Assembly: GCA_963827655.1 (NCBI GenBank) | Contig: CAWHCF010000022.1 | Coordinates: 224,001-288,000 of the forward strand | DNA from: an uncultured Acidobacteriota bacterium | Lineage (GTDB): Bacteria; Acidobacteriota; UBA6911 | Reading direction: 5' to 3' | Length of the DNA: 64,000 nucleotides | Shown: one piece after another, positions 23,401 to 34,188 of the stretch | How the letters are laid out: each line of letters begins with the position of its first letter | Numbering within the stretch: the first letter of the stretch is position 1 | Position numbers and translations under genes: made by a program | Notes under the pieces: model-generated | The model's input: the letters and a program-made list of their open reading frames with translations, nothing else | Told to the model about the DNA's origin: nothing | The model's database searches: none

Positions 23401-26400
23401 TGGCCCTTGCCCTGAGAGATCTTCGCCTCGAGACTCTGGGAGGAGAGTTTCCGAGCGGCATGACCGGGGTCGTGGATCTCCAGGTGAGCGCCGAGGCGCC
23501 GCGACTCGATCTCCAATCTTTGTCCGGCAAGGCAACCTTCGAGAGGTTGCGCCTCCAGATGGAGCAGTACGTGCTGGAACAGGCTGAGCCGTCGACGATT
23601 GTGGTTCGCGACGGCGTGGCGGCGATCGAGCGTTTCGCCCTGACGGGACCCAGGACGAAGCTTCAGGCGAGCGGCACGGCCGGGCTCGGCGGGGATCTGC
23701 CGCTCGATCTTCGAGTCGATGGAAACTTCGATGCGGGGATTCTCACCTTCATGTCGGAGCAGGTCAGAGCGGTGGGAGAGACGCGCCTCGGGCTGGCGCT
23801 TGCCGGGACAGCCAATGCGCCGCTTTTTTCGGGATTCCTCGAGCTTCAAGATGGCCAAGCGACTCTCGCGAATCCGAGGATCGACGCCGACGACCTGGAC
23901 GTTCGCCTCAAGTTCGCCGCGGATTCGGTGGCAATCGAAAACCTCACCGGACAGATCAACGGCGGCTCGCTGCAGGGGCGTGGCTCGGTGGGTTACAGGG
24001 AAGGCGACGTCGCGGATTTTAACATCGACCTGAAGGCCGAAAACATGTTCCTCGAGGCTCCCAAAGGCCTGAAAACGCTTGCGAGCGCAGACCTGAAGGT
24101 TCGCTCTCCCGAACACTGGATCGAAATCGGAGGTTTGGTACAGATCCTGGAGGGCTCTTATCGTGAACCGCTCGAAATCGATAGCGAGCTGCTGAACTAT
24201 CTCCGGGCCGACCAGGTCGCAGATTTAGGCGACAGAACCCAGCCCTCTTCTTTCGAGGATTCGCTACAACGTTTCGCTCGAAACCAAGACCCCGATCATC
24301 GTGGACAATAATCTGGCCAAGCTGGCGGCAGATGCGAATCTCAAGCTCGTCGGAACCTACTATCGTCCGGCGGTGGTTGGGCGGATGCAGGTGGAAGAGG
24401 GGGGCGAGATTTATTTGAACGAGAGAAGGTACTACGTTGAAAGGGGAAACATCGATTTCACCAGCGAGACTCGAATCGAGCCCTCGCTCGACATTCAGGC
24501 CAAAGCCGAAGTCAGTGGCTACGACATTGATCTCCATGTCAGTGGTCCGCCCAAGAAGATTTCCACAACCCTGACCTCGGACCCGCCGCTACCCGAACCT
24601 GACATAATTTCATTGCTGCTTACCGGCCGAACCTTGGAGGCCGTTCAGGGCGAGGAATTCGAGGTGGCGAGAGAGCAGGTTTTTTCGTATCTGGCAGGCC
24701 GCGCCGGCCAAAGAATCTCGGCGGGCGCACAGAGGGCGCTCGGATTAAGCGACGTGCGGATCGAGCCCAGCCTGATCTCCCCCGAATCAGACCCGGGAGC
24801 GCGCCTCACCATCGGCCAGGACATTACTCGAGACTTTCGAATGATCTACTCGATGGATCTTGTCGACAGCGGGAAACAGACCTGGATTCTCGAATACGAT
24901 CTCACCCGGAGATTCACCACCCGTGGAATCAAAGACGATGAAAACGACTATCGATTCGAATTCGATCACGAACTGCGCCTGGGAGGCCCTCCCCAGACGA
25001 AGCAGTATTCTCGTGCCAGGTCGCAACCGAAAAACCGGGTCGGTTCCCTGAAGTTTGCGGGTGACTCGATCTTCCCGGAGAAGACCCTGACCGATAAACT
25101 CGGCGTGAAGCCAGGGGACAAGTACGACTTCTTCAAGCTCCGGAGGGGCACGGACAAACTGCAGAACTTCTACGCAAAACAGGGACACCTCGAGGCATTG
25201 ATTCGACTGGAGCGCCAGCCCCAAAACGGGGAGACGGATCTGACCGTGCAGATCCAGCCCGGTCCCCAGGTAGAGTTTGTTTTCGAAGGCGCCGAGGTCT
25301 CAGGAGATGTGAAAGAGAAAGTTCGGCAGCTTTGGAGCGAAGGCGCCTTCGATGCCCAGCGCGCCGAAGATGCGTTGAAAGTCATTCGGAAACCTCTGGT
25401 CGAAGACGGCTATCTCCAATCCAGCGTGAACTACTCAGTCGAAGAGCTGGCTGACCGAAAGCGAGTCCGGTTCAGCATATCGCCCGGGACGCGCTTCACA
25501 GACGTCGACCTGGTGTTCACGGGCGCTTCTGGAATTGAAGCTTCCGAATTGAAACGCCAGCTCGAAACCGCGGACCTGCGGACCTCTGTCTCTACTGAAC
25601 CGCGCCAGGTTGCAGACTTTTTGAAGCGCCTGTATCAGAAGCGCGGATACCTGCAAGCCGAGATTGAGCCGCCGCGCCTGGAACCCGGGCCTCAAGCAGG
25701 GTCGGGCCAGATGATCATCACGATCAAGGAGGGACCGCTGTTCAAGGTCGGGGATGTGAATTTTTCCGGCCATCGCCATTTCAGCAAAGAGAGGCTTCTG
25801 CAAGCGATTCCTCTGGCAACCGGAAAAGAGTACAGATCGCAGCTCATCGATGAATCCCTCACCGGGCTTGAGCAGCTCTACCGCAGCAACGGCTTCAATG
25901 AGGTCATCATCAGCTATCGGATCGCGCGCGACCCAGGCGCCGCGCTGGCGAACTTCTCTTTCGAAATCGAAGAGCACCGGCAGGGGGTGATACGGGAGAT
26001 CGTCATCGAAGGAAACGACCGGACCAGCGACGGATTTGTGCGCCGTCAGCTGAGCATCAGTCAGGGCGACCTGCTCGATCTGGACAAGATAGGTCGCTCT
26101 CGAACGAAGCTGTACAACACGGGCGCGTACACGATTGTCGATTTCCAAACCGAGGAAATTCAAGAGCCGGGGATCAACTCGTCCTCTGAAATCAAACCAG
26201 TCCGGATACGAGTGAAGGTTAGCGAGGTCACGTCCCTATCGCTTCCGCTATGGAGCTTTCTATGATACCGAACGCGGCGTCGGCGTGATCGCCGATCTTG
26301 CCCACCGGAATTTTCTGGGCAAGGCCGCCGTTGTTGGGGTGAGAACCAGGTATGACTCCGGCCTTAAAGAGGTTCGCGGCTATTTCGGCCAGCCCTCGGT

Positions 26401-27246
26401 CGTAGGTATACCGCTCCGGACTAATGTCACGGCCTTTTCTCACCAGGGAAATCAACGAGGCCGAGCAATTCATAACCGACAGGACTCGGATTCTCTCTCC
26501 AGCAGCAGAAACGCTTTAGAAACCATTCGCTCCTGGAATACGGTTATCGCTACGAGCGCGTCCGGTCCTTTGACAAGGAACCGGAATCCGCTGTTCCCGG
26601 ATCCCATCAGTTTGCCTCTCGCTCGTCTCTTCAGCACGATAACCCGGGATACGCGGGATGACCTGCTGGACGCCACCCGGGGCTCTTTCACCTCACAGGG
26701 GCTGGAGTGGGCGACCGAAAAACTTGGCTCGGACTTTCGTTTCATCAAGTATTACGGTCAGTACTTTTATTATCGTGCCCTGCGTAAGCCGATCGAAGCG
26801 GACAACGGCTTATCTCGGCCGCGGCTGGTCTATGCGGTCGGAGTACGGGCAGGATTGGCGAAGACGTTCAAGGGAGAGTTCTTGATTCCGAGCGGAACGT
26901 TTTTTTGCCGGCGGCGGCACGACGGTACGTGGTTTTGAGCAAGACCTGCTCGGACCGCGGGATGCTTTGGGAGACCCGCTCGGCGGCGAGGCGGTTTTCA
27001 TCCTGAACAACGAATTGCGCTTCCCGATTGTCTCTATTTTCGATGGAGTCGGATTCGTCGATCTCGGGCAACGTTTATTTGAAGGCTTCCGATTTCAATC
27101 CATTCGACGTGCGTAAAACTGCAGGTGCCGGGCTTCGGCTGCGCACATCATTTCTGCTTCTGAGACTCGACTATGGATTCAAGCTCGACCGGAAACCGGG
27201 CGAGAGTCGGGGCGGGTTATTCTTCAGTATCGGCCAGGCATTTTGA
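20417..27246 (+). CDS. TamB (AsmA-like/DUF490)-POTRA-Omp85 (TamA/BamA) fusion; multiple frameshifts
   Basis: N-terminal TM anchor and beta-taco repeats; DUF490-like segment continues in frame into POTRA domains in ORF 24301..26265; FFAGGGTTVRGF loop motif; ends FFSIGQAF. Confidence 0.8.
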
Positions 27247-27247
27247 G

Positions 27248-27288
27248 GGTGTCAGGCCTTGAAGATTCAATGTTCAAGGCCTGACACC
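27248..27288. terminator. Perfect 16-bp inverted repeat between convergent genes (REP-like or bidirectional terminator)
   Basis: GGTGTCAGGCCTTGAA-9 nt-TTCAAGGCCTGACACC. Confidence 0.7.
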
Positions 27289-27306
27289 TGGAGTCTGGCT
27301 TGTGGT

Positions 27307-28194
27307 TCAACGGATCCAATTGCGGCCCAGGAATTCCAACATCGTATCCCAGGCCTGGACCGCTGCCCGGCTGTCCGATACCGACATATCGGGCGCACGG
27401 AAGAAACCGTGAGGGGCGCGACTGTAGACCTCCCATTCGAAGACCTTGTTGAGCCGCCGCATCTCGCGAGCGGTCTCCGCGGCGCGTCCCGTTATGCTGG
27501 TAGCGGTATTGTTGTCCAGGGCGCCATAAAGCGCCAGCATCGGCGACGTAACATCGGGAAGAGCCTCGAATGGGGGTGAGGATCCATAGAAGACAATCGC
27601 CGCCCACAATTTCGTATTCCTGGTGGCGAGGGTGAATGACCGCGCGCCCCCCCAGCAGAAACCGACCGAGGCGATATGCGCGACGTCGACGTCAGGGCGA
27701 CGCGTGAGCCATTCGAAACCGGCGTTCAAGGCGTCGATTTCATCCTCAGGAACTGCGGCGACGCCGGTCCTGAGGGTTTCAAGCATCCAGGGCGCGTGTT
27801 GGCCATCGGGCAGCAGCGCAAATGGGAGGACGTGAGGAGCGAGCGCCAAAGCGCCCCGGCGCGCGAATTTCCGGGCGACATTCCGGACGAACTCGGTGAT
27901 GCCGACGTTTTCGTGGATCACAATGATCGCGGGAAAAGGGCCCCCCTGTGTCGGTTTCGCCAGGAAAAAATCAATCGACCTGTCGCTCATCATATACTGG
28001 CCCGTTGATTCTTCGATAACGGACTCCTGAGCGCGCGCTTCTTGAATGAAGCTGGAATCGAAACCGAGCGTGCTCAAGGCATGGCTGGCGGCAATAACGC
28101 TGCCGGTGGTCGCGATGAGACCCTGAATAAAGTCTCGGCGGCCTAGGGATCCTGTGCGGAATTTGTCACATAACTCTGTCACGGCGGTTTTCAT
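27307..28194 (-). CDS. Dienelactone hydrolase family protein, Tat-like signal
   Basis: RRDFIQGL; IIVIHENVG; GFCWGG nucleophile; APHGF. Confidence 0.88.
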   Translation of the reverse strand: MKTAVTELCDKFRTGSLGRRDFIQGLIATTGSVIAASHALSTLGFDSSFIQEARAQESVIEESTGQYMMSDRSIDFFLAKPTQGGPFPAIIVIHENVGITEFVRNVARKFARRGALALAPHVLPFALLPDGQHAPWMLETLRTGVAAVPEDEIDALNAGFEWLTRRPDVDVAHIASVGFCWGGARSFTLATRNTKLWAAIVFYGSSPPFEALPDVTSPMLALYGALDNNTATSITGRAAETAREMRRLNKVFEWEVYSRAPHGFFRAPDMSVSDSRAAVQAWDTMLEFLGRNWIR

Positions 28195-28443
28195 AGATCT
28201 ACCTCCTTGGGTCAAAGCACGGACTTCAAACTAGTTCGTCTATTAATACCTCCGATGTAAATTCCCGCGACGCTGAGAGTAGTGAGTTTGCCGCAGGGTG
28301 CGCAAGAGGAAAATCCGGCGGCTGGATCCCTCGCGACCTTGCGTCCTGGCAGTATATCCCGTTTTCAAGCCCTGTCACGCGAAGAGTTATTGCGCGACGG
28401 TCCCGTTGCGGATACGATGAAGGCATTTGGAGGATCGTCCATC

Positions 28444-29580
28444 ATGTCAGTCACTCGCAGGCAATGTTTGAAAATGATCGGCGGCTCTGCCGCTGCAGGC
28501 GCCGTTATAGCTCCGAACATCACGGCCCCGGCTCTGCAGGCACAGGTCTCTTCCAAAGCGGAGCGCAGCAAGCTTTCGATGCCGGGACCGTACCGAGGTC
28601 GCGTGGTCGCAATCGAGAGTCGTCGCTCCATCCTGTCGGGCCAGTACCAGGCCGCGACGATCCAGGAGATGATGCGCCGGGGGATGACCGAGTTGACGGG
28701 GACCGCGGGCTGGGTCGATGCCTGGCGCAGTTTCTTCGAACCAGGAGACGTCGTCGGTATCAAGGTTAATCCCGTAGGGGCGCCGCACGTGATCTCCGAC
28801 GCCAGCGTTGTGCGCGAAATCATCGAGGGCCTCAAGGCCGCCGGAGTAAAGGCAAAAGACATCGTCGTCTATGACCGCTATCGCGCCCAGTTCTTCAAGG
28901 CCGGATTCGACAAGTGGCTTCCCGAGGGCGTTCGGACCTCTTCCGCCGCTGAAGACTACGAGACCGTGCAGCAGGCAATCGAAGGTTATGACCCCGACCA
29001 TTACATGGACATGGCCCTTACCCTTCCGGGCTATGATGTGGACAATCTCACCGCCCGCCGTTCATATGCGGCCCGCTTCATTACCAAAGAGATCAACAAG
29101 CTGATCAATCTGCCGGTTCTGAAGGATCACCAGTCCGCCGGAGTTACGCTCGCATTGAAAAACTTGTCTCACGGGCTGGTCAACAACGTCAATCGCAGTC
29201 ACTCCAGCAAGACTCTCAATGCTTGCGGCGCGTTTATCCCGGCCGTGGTTTCGATGCCCGTGATTCGCAACAAGGCCGTGTTGCACATTCTCGACGGGAT
29301 CAAGGCGTTATATCACGGCGGGCCGGGAGCGAGGCCGCAGTATGTCTGGGAGCATCATTCACTCTACTTCGCTACCGACCCGGTGGCGCTCGACCGGATC
29401 GGCTGGAAGGTCCTCGACCAAAAGCGCGCCGAGGTTGGAATGAAATCGCTCGCAGAAGACAGGCCGGATAAGGTGAGCACCTTTCTCAGCCGGCAGCCCG
29501 AACACGTGGAAATTGCGGGAGCCTTGGGGCTTGGAGAATGGGACGAGGCGAAAATCGACCTCCGTCGCCTCCAGCTCTGA
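28444..29580 (+). CDS. DUF362 domain protein, Tat signal
   Basis: TRRQCLK; VGIKVN; INLPVLKDH..GVTLALKN; TDPVALD. Confidence 0.85.
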   Translation: MSVTRRQCLKMIGGSAAAGAVIAPNITAPALQAQVSSKAERSKLSMPGPYRGRVVAIESRRSILSGQYQAATIQEMMRRGMTELTGTAGWVDAWRSFFEPGDVVGIKVNPVGAPHVISDASVVREIIEGLKAAGVKAKDIVVYDRYRAQFFKAGFDKWLPEGVRTSSAAEDYETVQQAIEGYDPDHYMDMALTLPGYDVDNLTARRSYAARFITKEINKLINLPVLKDHQSAGVTLALKNLSHGLVNNVNRSHSSKTLNACGAFIPAVVSMPVIRNKAVLHILDGIKALYHGGPGARPQYVWEHHSLYFATDPVALDRIGWKVLDQKRAEVGMKSLAEDRPDKVSTFLSRQPEHVEIAGALGLGEWDEAKIDLRRLQL

Positions 29581-29582
29581 TA

Positions 29583-29658
29583 CAGGATTTAGGATCTAGG
29601 ATTTAGGCTGGGGAGTCGTTTCTGAATCCAAATCTAGATCCTGAAATCCTAAATCCTG
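29583..29658. repeat. Palindromic heptamer element, (AGGATTT)n...(AAATCCT)n
   Basis: Fills the gap between two convergent stop codons. Confidence 0.9.
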
Positions 29659-29661
29659 ACT

Positions 29662-31167
29662 TTAATTGCGCTTGATCCGCAGCGCAATGTCCTCAGTATA
29701 ACCCGGCGACTGCAGTTCAATCGGACCTCCCCGAGACACGAACCGCTCGTTTCTTTCGATGCGGCCGCTTCGTGTATCAAGCCACCCTGCCTCGTACGAT
29801 CCGGCCGGCAGTTCGAGTTGCAGCTTCACCTGTTGAGTTTCGAGAGACACTTTATATGGCGGGCGGGGCCGCTGGCCGGACGTCTGGCCGTGATCAGGTT
29901 GGCCGTGGTGGATGTAGATCGCGTACGCGGTCCCGAGCTGAGCCAGCGCGCGCACGGTAGCTTCAGGGGGAACTCCTCCCTTGATGAAGCTCGTGTCAGG
30001 ACGCATTCGGATGAAATCGAGACTGTGGATGAAATTCTTGAGAATCCCGAGCTGGTGTCTCAACCCGGAACTCCCGCCACCCGGTGTGGTGGCCGGAGGC
30101 ACAAAAGTTCCGTTCTCATGCTCTGTGGTGAACGAGTAGTCCAGGTTATTGTAGAGCGCGCCGCCGGCGAGGATGAAGTCCCACCCCTGGATCCGGTAGG
30201 TAACGTCCGCGGAACCATCGAATCCGGTCTCGTTCAAACCGATCGCCTTATTCAGATCATAGTTCAGCTTGACGCTGTCCGGAGGACGCGAATAGTGAAA
30301 GTTGAAGATTGAGATTGCCCTGTGCGGGTTCTGAACCCTGGTCGAGCCGTTGCTGATGTTTCTGGCAATCAGATGTTTGGAGCCGAAAGAAGCTTCTGCA
30401 GCCAGGATGGTCTCGGTGATGTGATCCTGCCACTCGACCGTCACCCCGGCAAAGTAGGGCTCGTTGCAGATTTCGTAATAGAGGTTGTCGTAGTCGCGCA
30501 GCTCGGTAACGATCTTCCGTACCATCGCGTCCTGGACCGCAACCAGCCTGCTGTCTTTGAGAGTAAGCGCGTCCGTCCTGTTGATGCCGGCTCCTATGCC
30601 GTTAATGTTGTTCGCAGGATTCAGCGGGCTTACGTTCCAGAGCTCATCGTTGTAATAGGGACAGAAGAGACTGACCTCGACCACGACGCCTCGCCGGCTT
30701 GCTTCGCGGACGAAGTCTTTCAGCCGCGTGATGTGAGATTCGTCCCAGGTTTCAAGATCGAACTTGTTGCCGCCACCGGCAAATCCCGGGGTGGAGCTGC
30801 GCGCCCAAATACAGCTGAAGCGGTTGGGCGCAGGCGCCAGAGTGTTGTTCGCGATGTTAAACGACCCCGGTATCTCCAGGTAGGGCCCGCCCGGCCAGAC
30901 GCGTGTGAGATTAAGCCCGCGCGACTGAAGTTCGCTGAGGTAGGCCACGTAGTCGAAATCGAGGTTGAGGACCGCTCCGTAGTGTTCCCCTGACGTAATC
31001 AAGACCGTTGGCTTGCCGCGGAACAGAAAGTAATGAGGATTGTCGGGATGAAGTCTCAGCGGTTCGGCAGCGGCCGCAGTCGGGACGGCGGCCAGAAGGG
31101 CGCCAATCAGCGCCATGACGGCAATCAAGGCAGCGTTCTTTCCCATCAATGCGGGTGTCGAAATCAT
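29662..31167 (-). CDS. Secreted glycoside-hydrolase-like (GH-A clan TIM barrel) protein
   Basis: Signal peptide; LHPDNPHYFLFRGKP; YEICNEP (acid/base-like); NETGFD. Confidence 0.65.
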   Translation of the reverse strand: MISTPALMGKNAALIAVMALIGALLAAVPTAAAAEPLRLHPDNPHYFLFRGKPTVLITSGEHYGAVLNLDFDYVAYLSELQSRGLNLTRVWPGGPYLEIPGSFNIANNTLAPAPNRFSCIWARSSTPGFAGGGNKFDLETWDESHITRLKDFVREASRRGVVVEVSLFCPYYNDELWNVSPLNPANNINGIGAGINRTDALTLKDSRLVAVQDAMVRKIVTELRDYDNLYYEICNEPYFAGVTVEWQDHITETILAAEASFGSKHLIARNISNGSTRVQNPHRAISIFNFHYSRPPDSVKLNYDLNKAIGLNETGFDGSADVTYRIQGWDFILAGGALYNNLDYSFTTEHENGTFVPPATTPGGGSSGLRHQLGILKNFIHSLDFIRMRPDTSFIKGGVPPEATVRALAQLGTAYAIYIHHGQPDHGQTSGQRPRPPYKVSLETQQVKLQLELPAGSYEAGWLDTRSGRIERNERFVSRGGPIELQSPGYTEDIALRIKRN

Positions 31168-31261
31168 TTTGTGTCCTTTGTCTTTTTGATGTCGCTTGCG
31201 TCTCGGCAACCTGTTGTTGCTGAAACTCCGGACGACCTCGCTCACCTTGGTCATCGCCAGA

Positions 31262-31290
31262 TTGACATCAAGTCATCACAATGATAGCAT
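31262..31290 (+). promoter_or_regulatory. Sigma70 promoter, probably giving a leaderless mRNA
   Basis: TTGACA-17 bp-TAGCAT, then 6 nt to ATG 31297. Confidence 0.7.
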
Positions 31291-31296
31291 CACTTC

Positions 31297-31545
31297 ATGC
31301 GTACGACGCTGACATTGGATGAAGATGTCGCGGTAACCTTGAAACGGATCGCAAAGCGGCGAGGAACATCCTTTAAAGCGACAGTGAACGATGCTTTGCG
31401 CCTCGGCCTCGATACGCTGGCTCAACCGCCTCGACTCGCGGAGCCTTATAGCATCAACCCGTGGAACCTCGGCGGGAGCATGGTGGGGAGTCTCGACAAT
31501 GTCGAGGAAGTACTGTCTCGCATCGAGGGAGAGGATCACGTGTGA
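31297..31545 (+). CDS. VapB-like ribbon-helix-helix antitoxin (orphan)
   Basis: MRTTLTLDEDVA...SFKATVNDALRLGL...DNVEEVL. Confidence 0.85.
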   Translation: MRTTLTLDEDVAVTLKRIAKRRGTSFKATVNDALRLGLDTLAQPPRLAEPYSINPWNLGGSMVGSLDNVEEVLSRIEGEDHV

Positions 31546-31553
31546 TTCTCGTG
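31542..31553 (+). pseudogene. Possible four-codon remnant of a deleted VapC toxin gene
   Basis: GTG ATT CTC GTG (M-I-L-V) overlaps the antitoxin stop (GTGA); no PIN domain follows. Confidence 0.5.
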
Positions 31554-31630
31554 CCCATCGTAGGTTTCCGATACAGGCGGGAACTCTTCGTCCAGAACCA
31601 ACCGCGGAGGCTCAAAGACGCGAAGAAGAT

Positions 31631-32484
31631 TCAGCTCCAGCTCTTTAAACCCAAGAGCTTTTCGCCCAGATCCGTCAGCTCGGCCGGTGTGCCAGACTTT
31701 CGCTCCAGTTCACGCGGATCACCCGGAAAGGCAAAGCCTTCCGGAGTGAGCCGTTCACGCCACATCCGAATCCGGCTCCGCCGCAGTTCTTCGTTCTCTT
31801 CCTGAACCGGAAACATCGTGATGTATTGCGCCAGCCGCGGATAACGCTCGAGTTGCGCGCGACACCGTGCGGCGTGAGGCTGTTCCAGATCAGCAGATCG
31901 CCGGCGCGCGTTTCTACCCTCCGGATTTCGAGTCCGGTCAGGTCTGGCTGCCACGGATCGCGGCTGGCAGGCTGAGTTCGGACCCATTGTTCGAAGCGTC
32001 GCGGGAAACCTGGAACACACTGGAATCCGCCCTGCTCGCCGGAAGTATCGGTCAGGCTCAGAACCCCCTGCACCTTGGACTCGAGCGGACGGAGCGAGGT
32101 GTCGATATCCCAATGGATGAAGCCCTGGAAATCCCAGCCGGGACGCGCAGGCGGGTTCAGGTTGACGCGGTCGATGGTCACCCAGAGCTTCTCGGTCCCC
32201 CAGATATCGGCAAACGCCGCATGAACACGCGGATACTGTCGATTGTCCCAGAGCGTCTGGTGATGGTAGAGCTCCACCATGCCGCTCTGGTTCAATTCGG
32301 GCATGCCGTTGAGACGCTCAGGGTCCCGATACCAGGTCGAAGGATCGTTGCGGTCCATCTCGAGGAAATTCCAGATCACGCCGATCACCGCCTCCAGGTT
32401 TTCCCTCGGAACGGCGTCGTGCACAATCACGTAACCGTTGTCTTCCCAGAAGTCACGATCGGCTGCGCTCAAGACCCGCGTCAT
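31631..32484 (-). CDS. Phytanoyl-CoA dioxygenase (PhyH) family protein; frameshift near 31840
   Basis: FWEDNGYVIV, HWD, AGDLLIWNSLTPHG. Confidence 0.85.
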
Positions 32485-32552
32485 GGTTCGTTTCTTCGTG
32501 TCTTCGCGTCTTCGTGGTTAGTGCGAACTCAGAGCCTCCCGGCAAAGTCGTG

Positions 32553-33134
32553 CTAACGCAGGATCCAGGCTACGCCTGCCAGGATGGTCGCCGAGTTGAC
32601 TCCCAGATTCTCCCCGGCGGTTCCAGCGTTGGAAATATGAAAATTGCGAAACTCAAAGATCCAGCTCGCCCCCCTCTTTTTAGGAAATACCCGGACGCCT
32701 ATGCCAAGCAGAAGCTGAAAGTTGAACACCCGGTCGATCTCCTTTACCTCGAGGGATGTCCACAGCAAGCCTGCCCCCGCGCTGACATAAGGAGTCCAGT
32801 TGCGATCGTTCCGGAAATGGTAACGGCCGGCGACGCCGGCCAGGCCGCCTGAAATGGCGGCGGGCTGAATGTGAACCAGCAGAGTTCCTTCTCCGTAAAG
32901 TTCGAGACGACGGGTCACGAACCAACCCATCTGGGGATGAAAGGCTATGGATTGAATGTCACTTTGCGTCTTGCCATAGCCGGGTAAGCCGGCGGACCAG
33001 GAATGCCCCCACCCGAAGGACAATCCTCGAGTCCGGCTATCCGAGTCGAACAGTAACTGTTGCGCCACACCAGGGTCGGCCAGCAGAGCAGTCACCGCCA
33101 GGACGCGAAGGCCTGAAAGAAGGCAACGAGCCAT
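32553..33134 (-). CDS. Acyloxyacyl hydrolase / PagL-like outer-membrane beta-barrel
   Basis: Signal peptide; FNFQLLLGIG; HISNAG...NLGVN motif. Confidence 0.85.
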   Translation of the reverse strand: MARCLLSGLRVLAVTALLADPGVAQQLLFDSDSRTRGLSFGWGHSWSAGLPGYGKTQSDIQSIAFHPQMGWFVTRRLELYGEGTLLVHIQPAAISGGLAGVAGRYHFRNDRNWTPYVSAGAGLLWTSLEVKEIDRVFNFQLLLGIGVRVFPKKRGASWIFEFRNFHISNAGTAGENLGVNSATILAGVAWILR

Positions 33135-34094
33135 TACCGGGCCGTTGGTTGTGCGACCACGTTCGTCGGTTTTCCCTTGAGGTAATTCCAGACATTCTCG
33201 ACGGCAAGCTGGAGACCGGCCTCCAATACTTCTGGAGACACGCCCGCGGAATGAGGAGTGAGAACAACATTGGAAAGTCGAGTCAGCGGATGGCCCTGCG
33301 GCAGCGGTTCGGTCTCGAACACGTCCAGCCCTGCCCCGGCAATCCGGCGGGCAGAAAGGGCCTCGACCAGCGCCCCCTCGTCGACGATGGCGCCGCGAGC
33401 CGTGTTAATGAGGATCGCCGAGGTCTTCATCATCCGCAGTTCGCGGGCTCCAATGAACCCGGTACTCTCCGGAGATAGTCGAAGATGCAGGCTGACTACG
33501 TCGGCGGTCTTCAAAAGCGTCTCGAGCGCAACCAGTTCGATCCCGAGGGCGGGATTCGGATGCATAGTCCAGGCAATGACGCGCATGCCGATTCCCGAGC
33601 CCAGGCGCGCGAATTGACGGCCGATCGCTCCCAGGCCGATGATACCCAGAGTCTTGCCGTGGAGCAGCATCATCTCGCCGCGCGGCCAGCCCCCGCGCCT
33701 GGTTTCCTGATCAAGCTGTGGAAGGCGGCGCGCTATGGCCAGCATCAGCGCAAGGGAGTGCTCGGCGATCGCCACGGCCGCGACGCCAGGGGTATTGGTG
33801 ACCGTCACCCCGTGCTTGGCCGCGGCGCCGAGATCGACATTGTCGGTCCCGGTGCCCCAAATCGAAAGGAGGCGAAGACGAGGCGAGCTGGGAGAAGACG
33901 CGTTCGCTGAATCTCGAGGAGGCGCGTATATTGATGACGATTTCGGCATCGGCGACGCGCTCGATGAGCTTGTCCTCCGAGCCGGGGAGAGTATTGTAAT
34001 AGGCGACCGCCCTTTGTTCCAGAAGCCGGTAAGCCTGGCTGGTGAACATCACCGGCGGCGCGTCGTCGGGAATGACAATTTTCGGTTCGGTCAC
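33134..34094 (-). CDS. D-2-hydroxyacid dehydrogenase (SerA-like); frameshift near 33880
   Basis: GTGTDNVD, VAIAEH, GIIGLGAIG, LINTARG, LDVFETEP, LTPHSAG. Confidence 0.88.
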
Positions 34095-34101
34095 AATAGA
34101 G

Positions 34102-34188
34102 ATTCTCAGTGTCTTCGAGTCTTCGTGCCTGGTGCGGCGGGAAAAAAGCCAACCTCTAGGACACGAAGACTCGAAGAAACGCCAAGAA
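34102..34188. repeat. Palindromic octamer element, (CTTCGTGT)n...(ACACGAAG)n
   Basis: Abuts the TBDR stop; closely related to the copy at 37641. Confidence 0.88.

Noticed and set aside
20417-27246. Programmed frameshifting or phase variation
   Set aside because: Shifts occur throughout unrelated genes without consistent slippery sites or long homopolymers.
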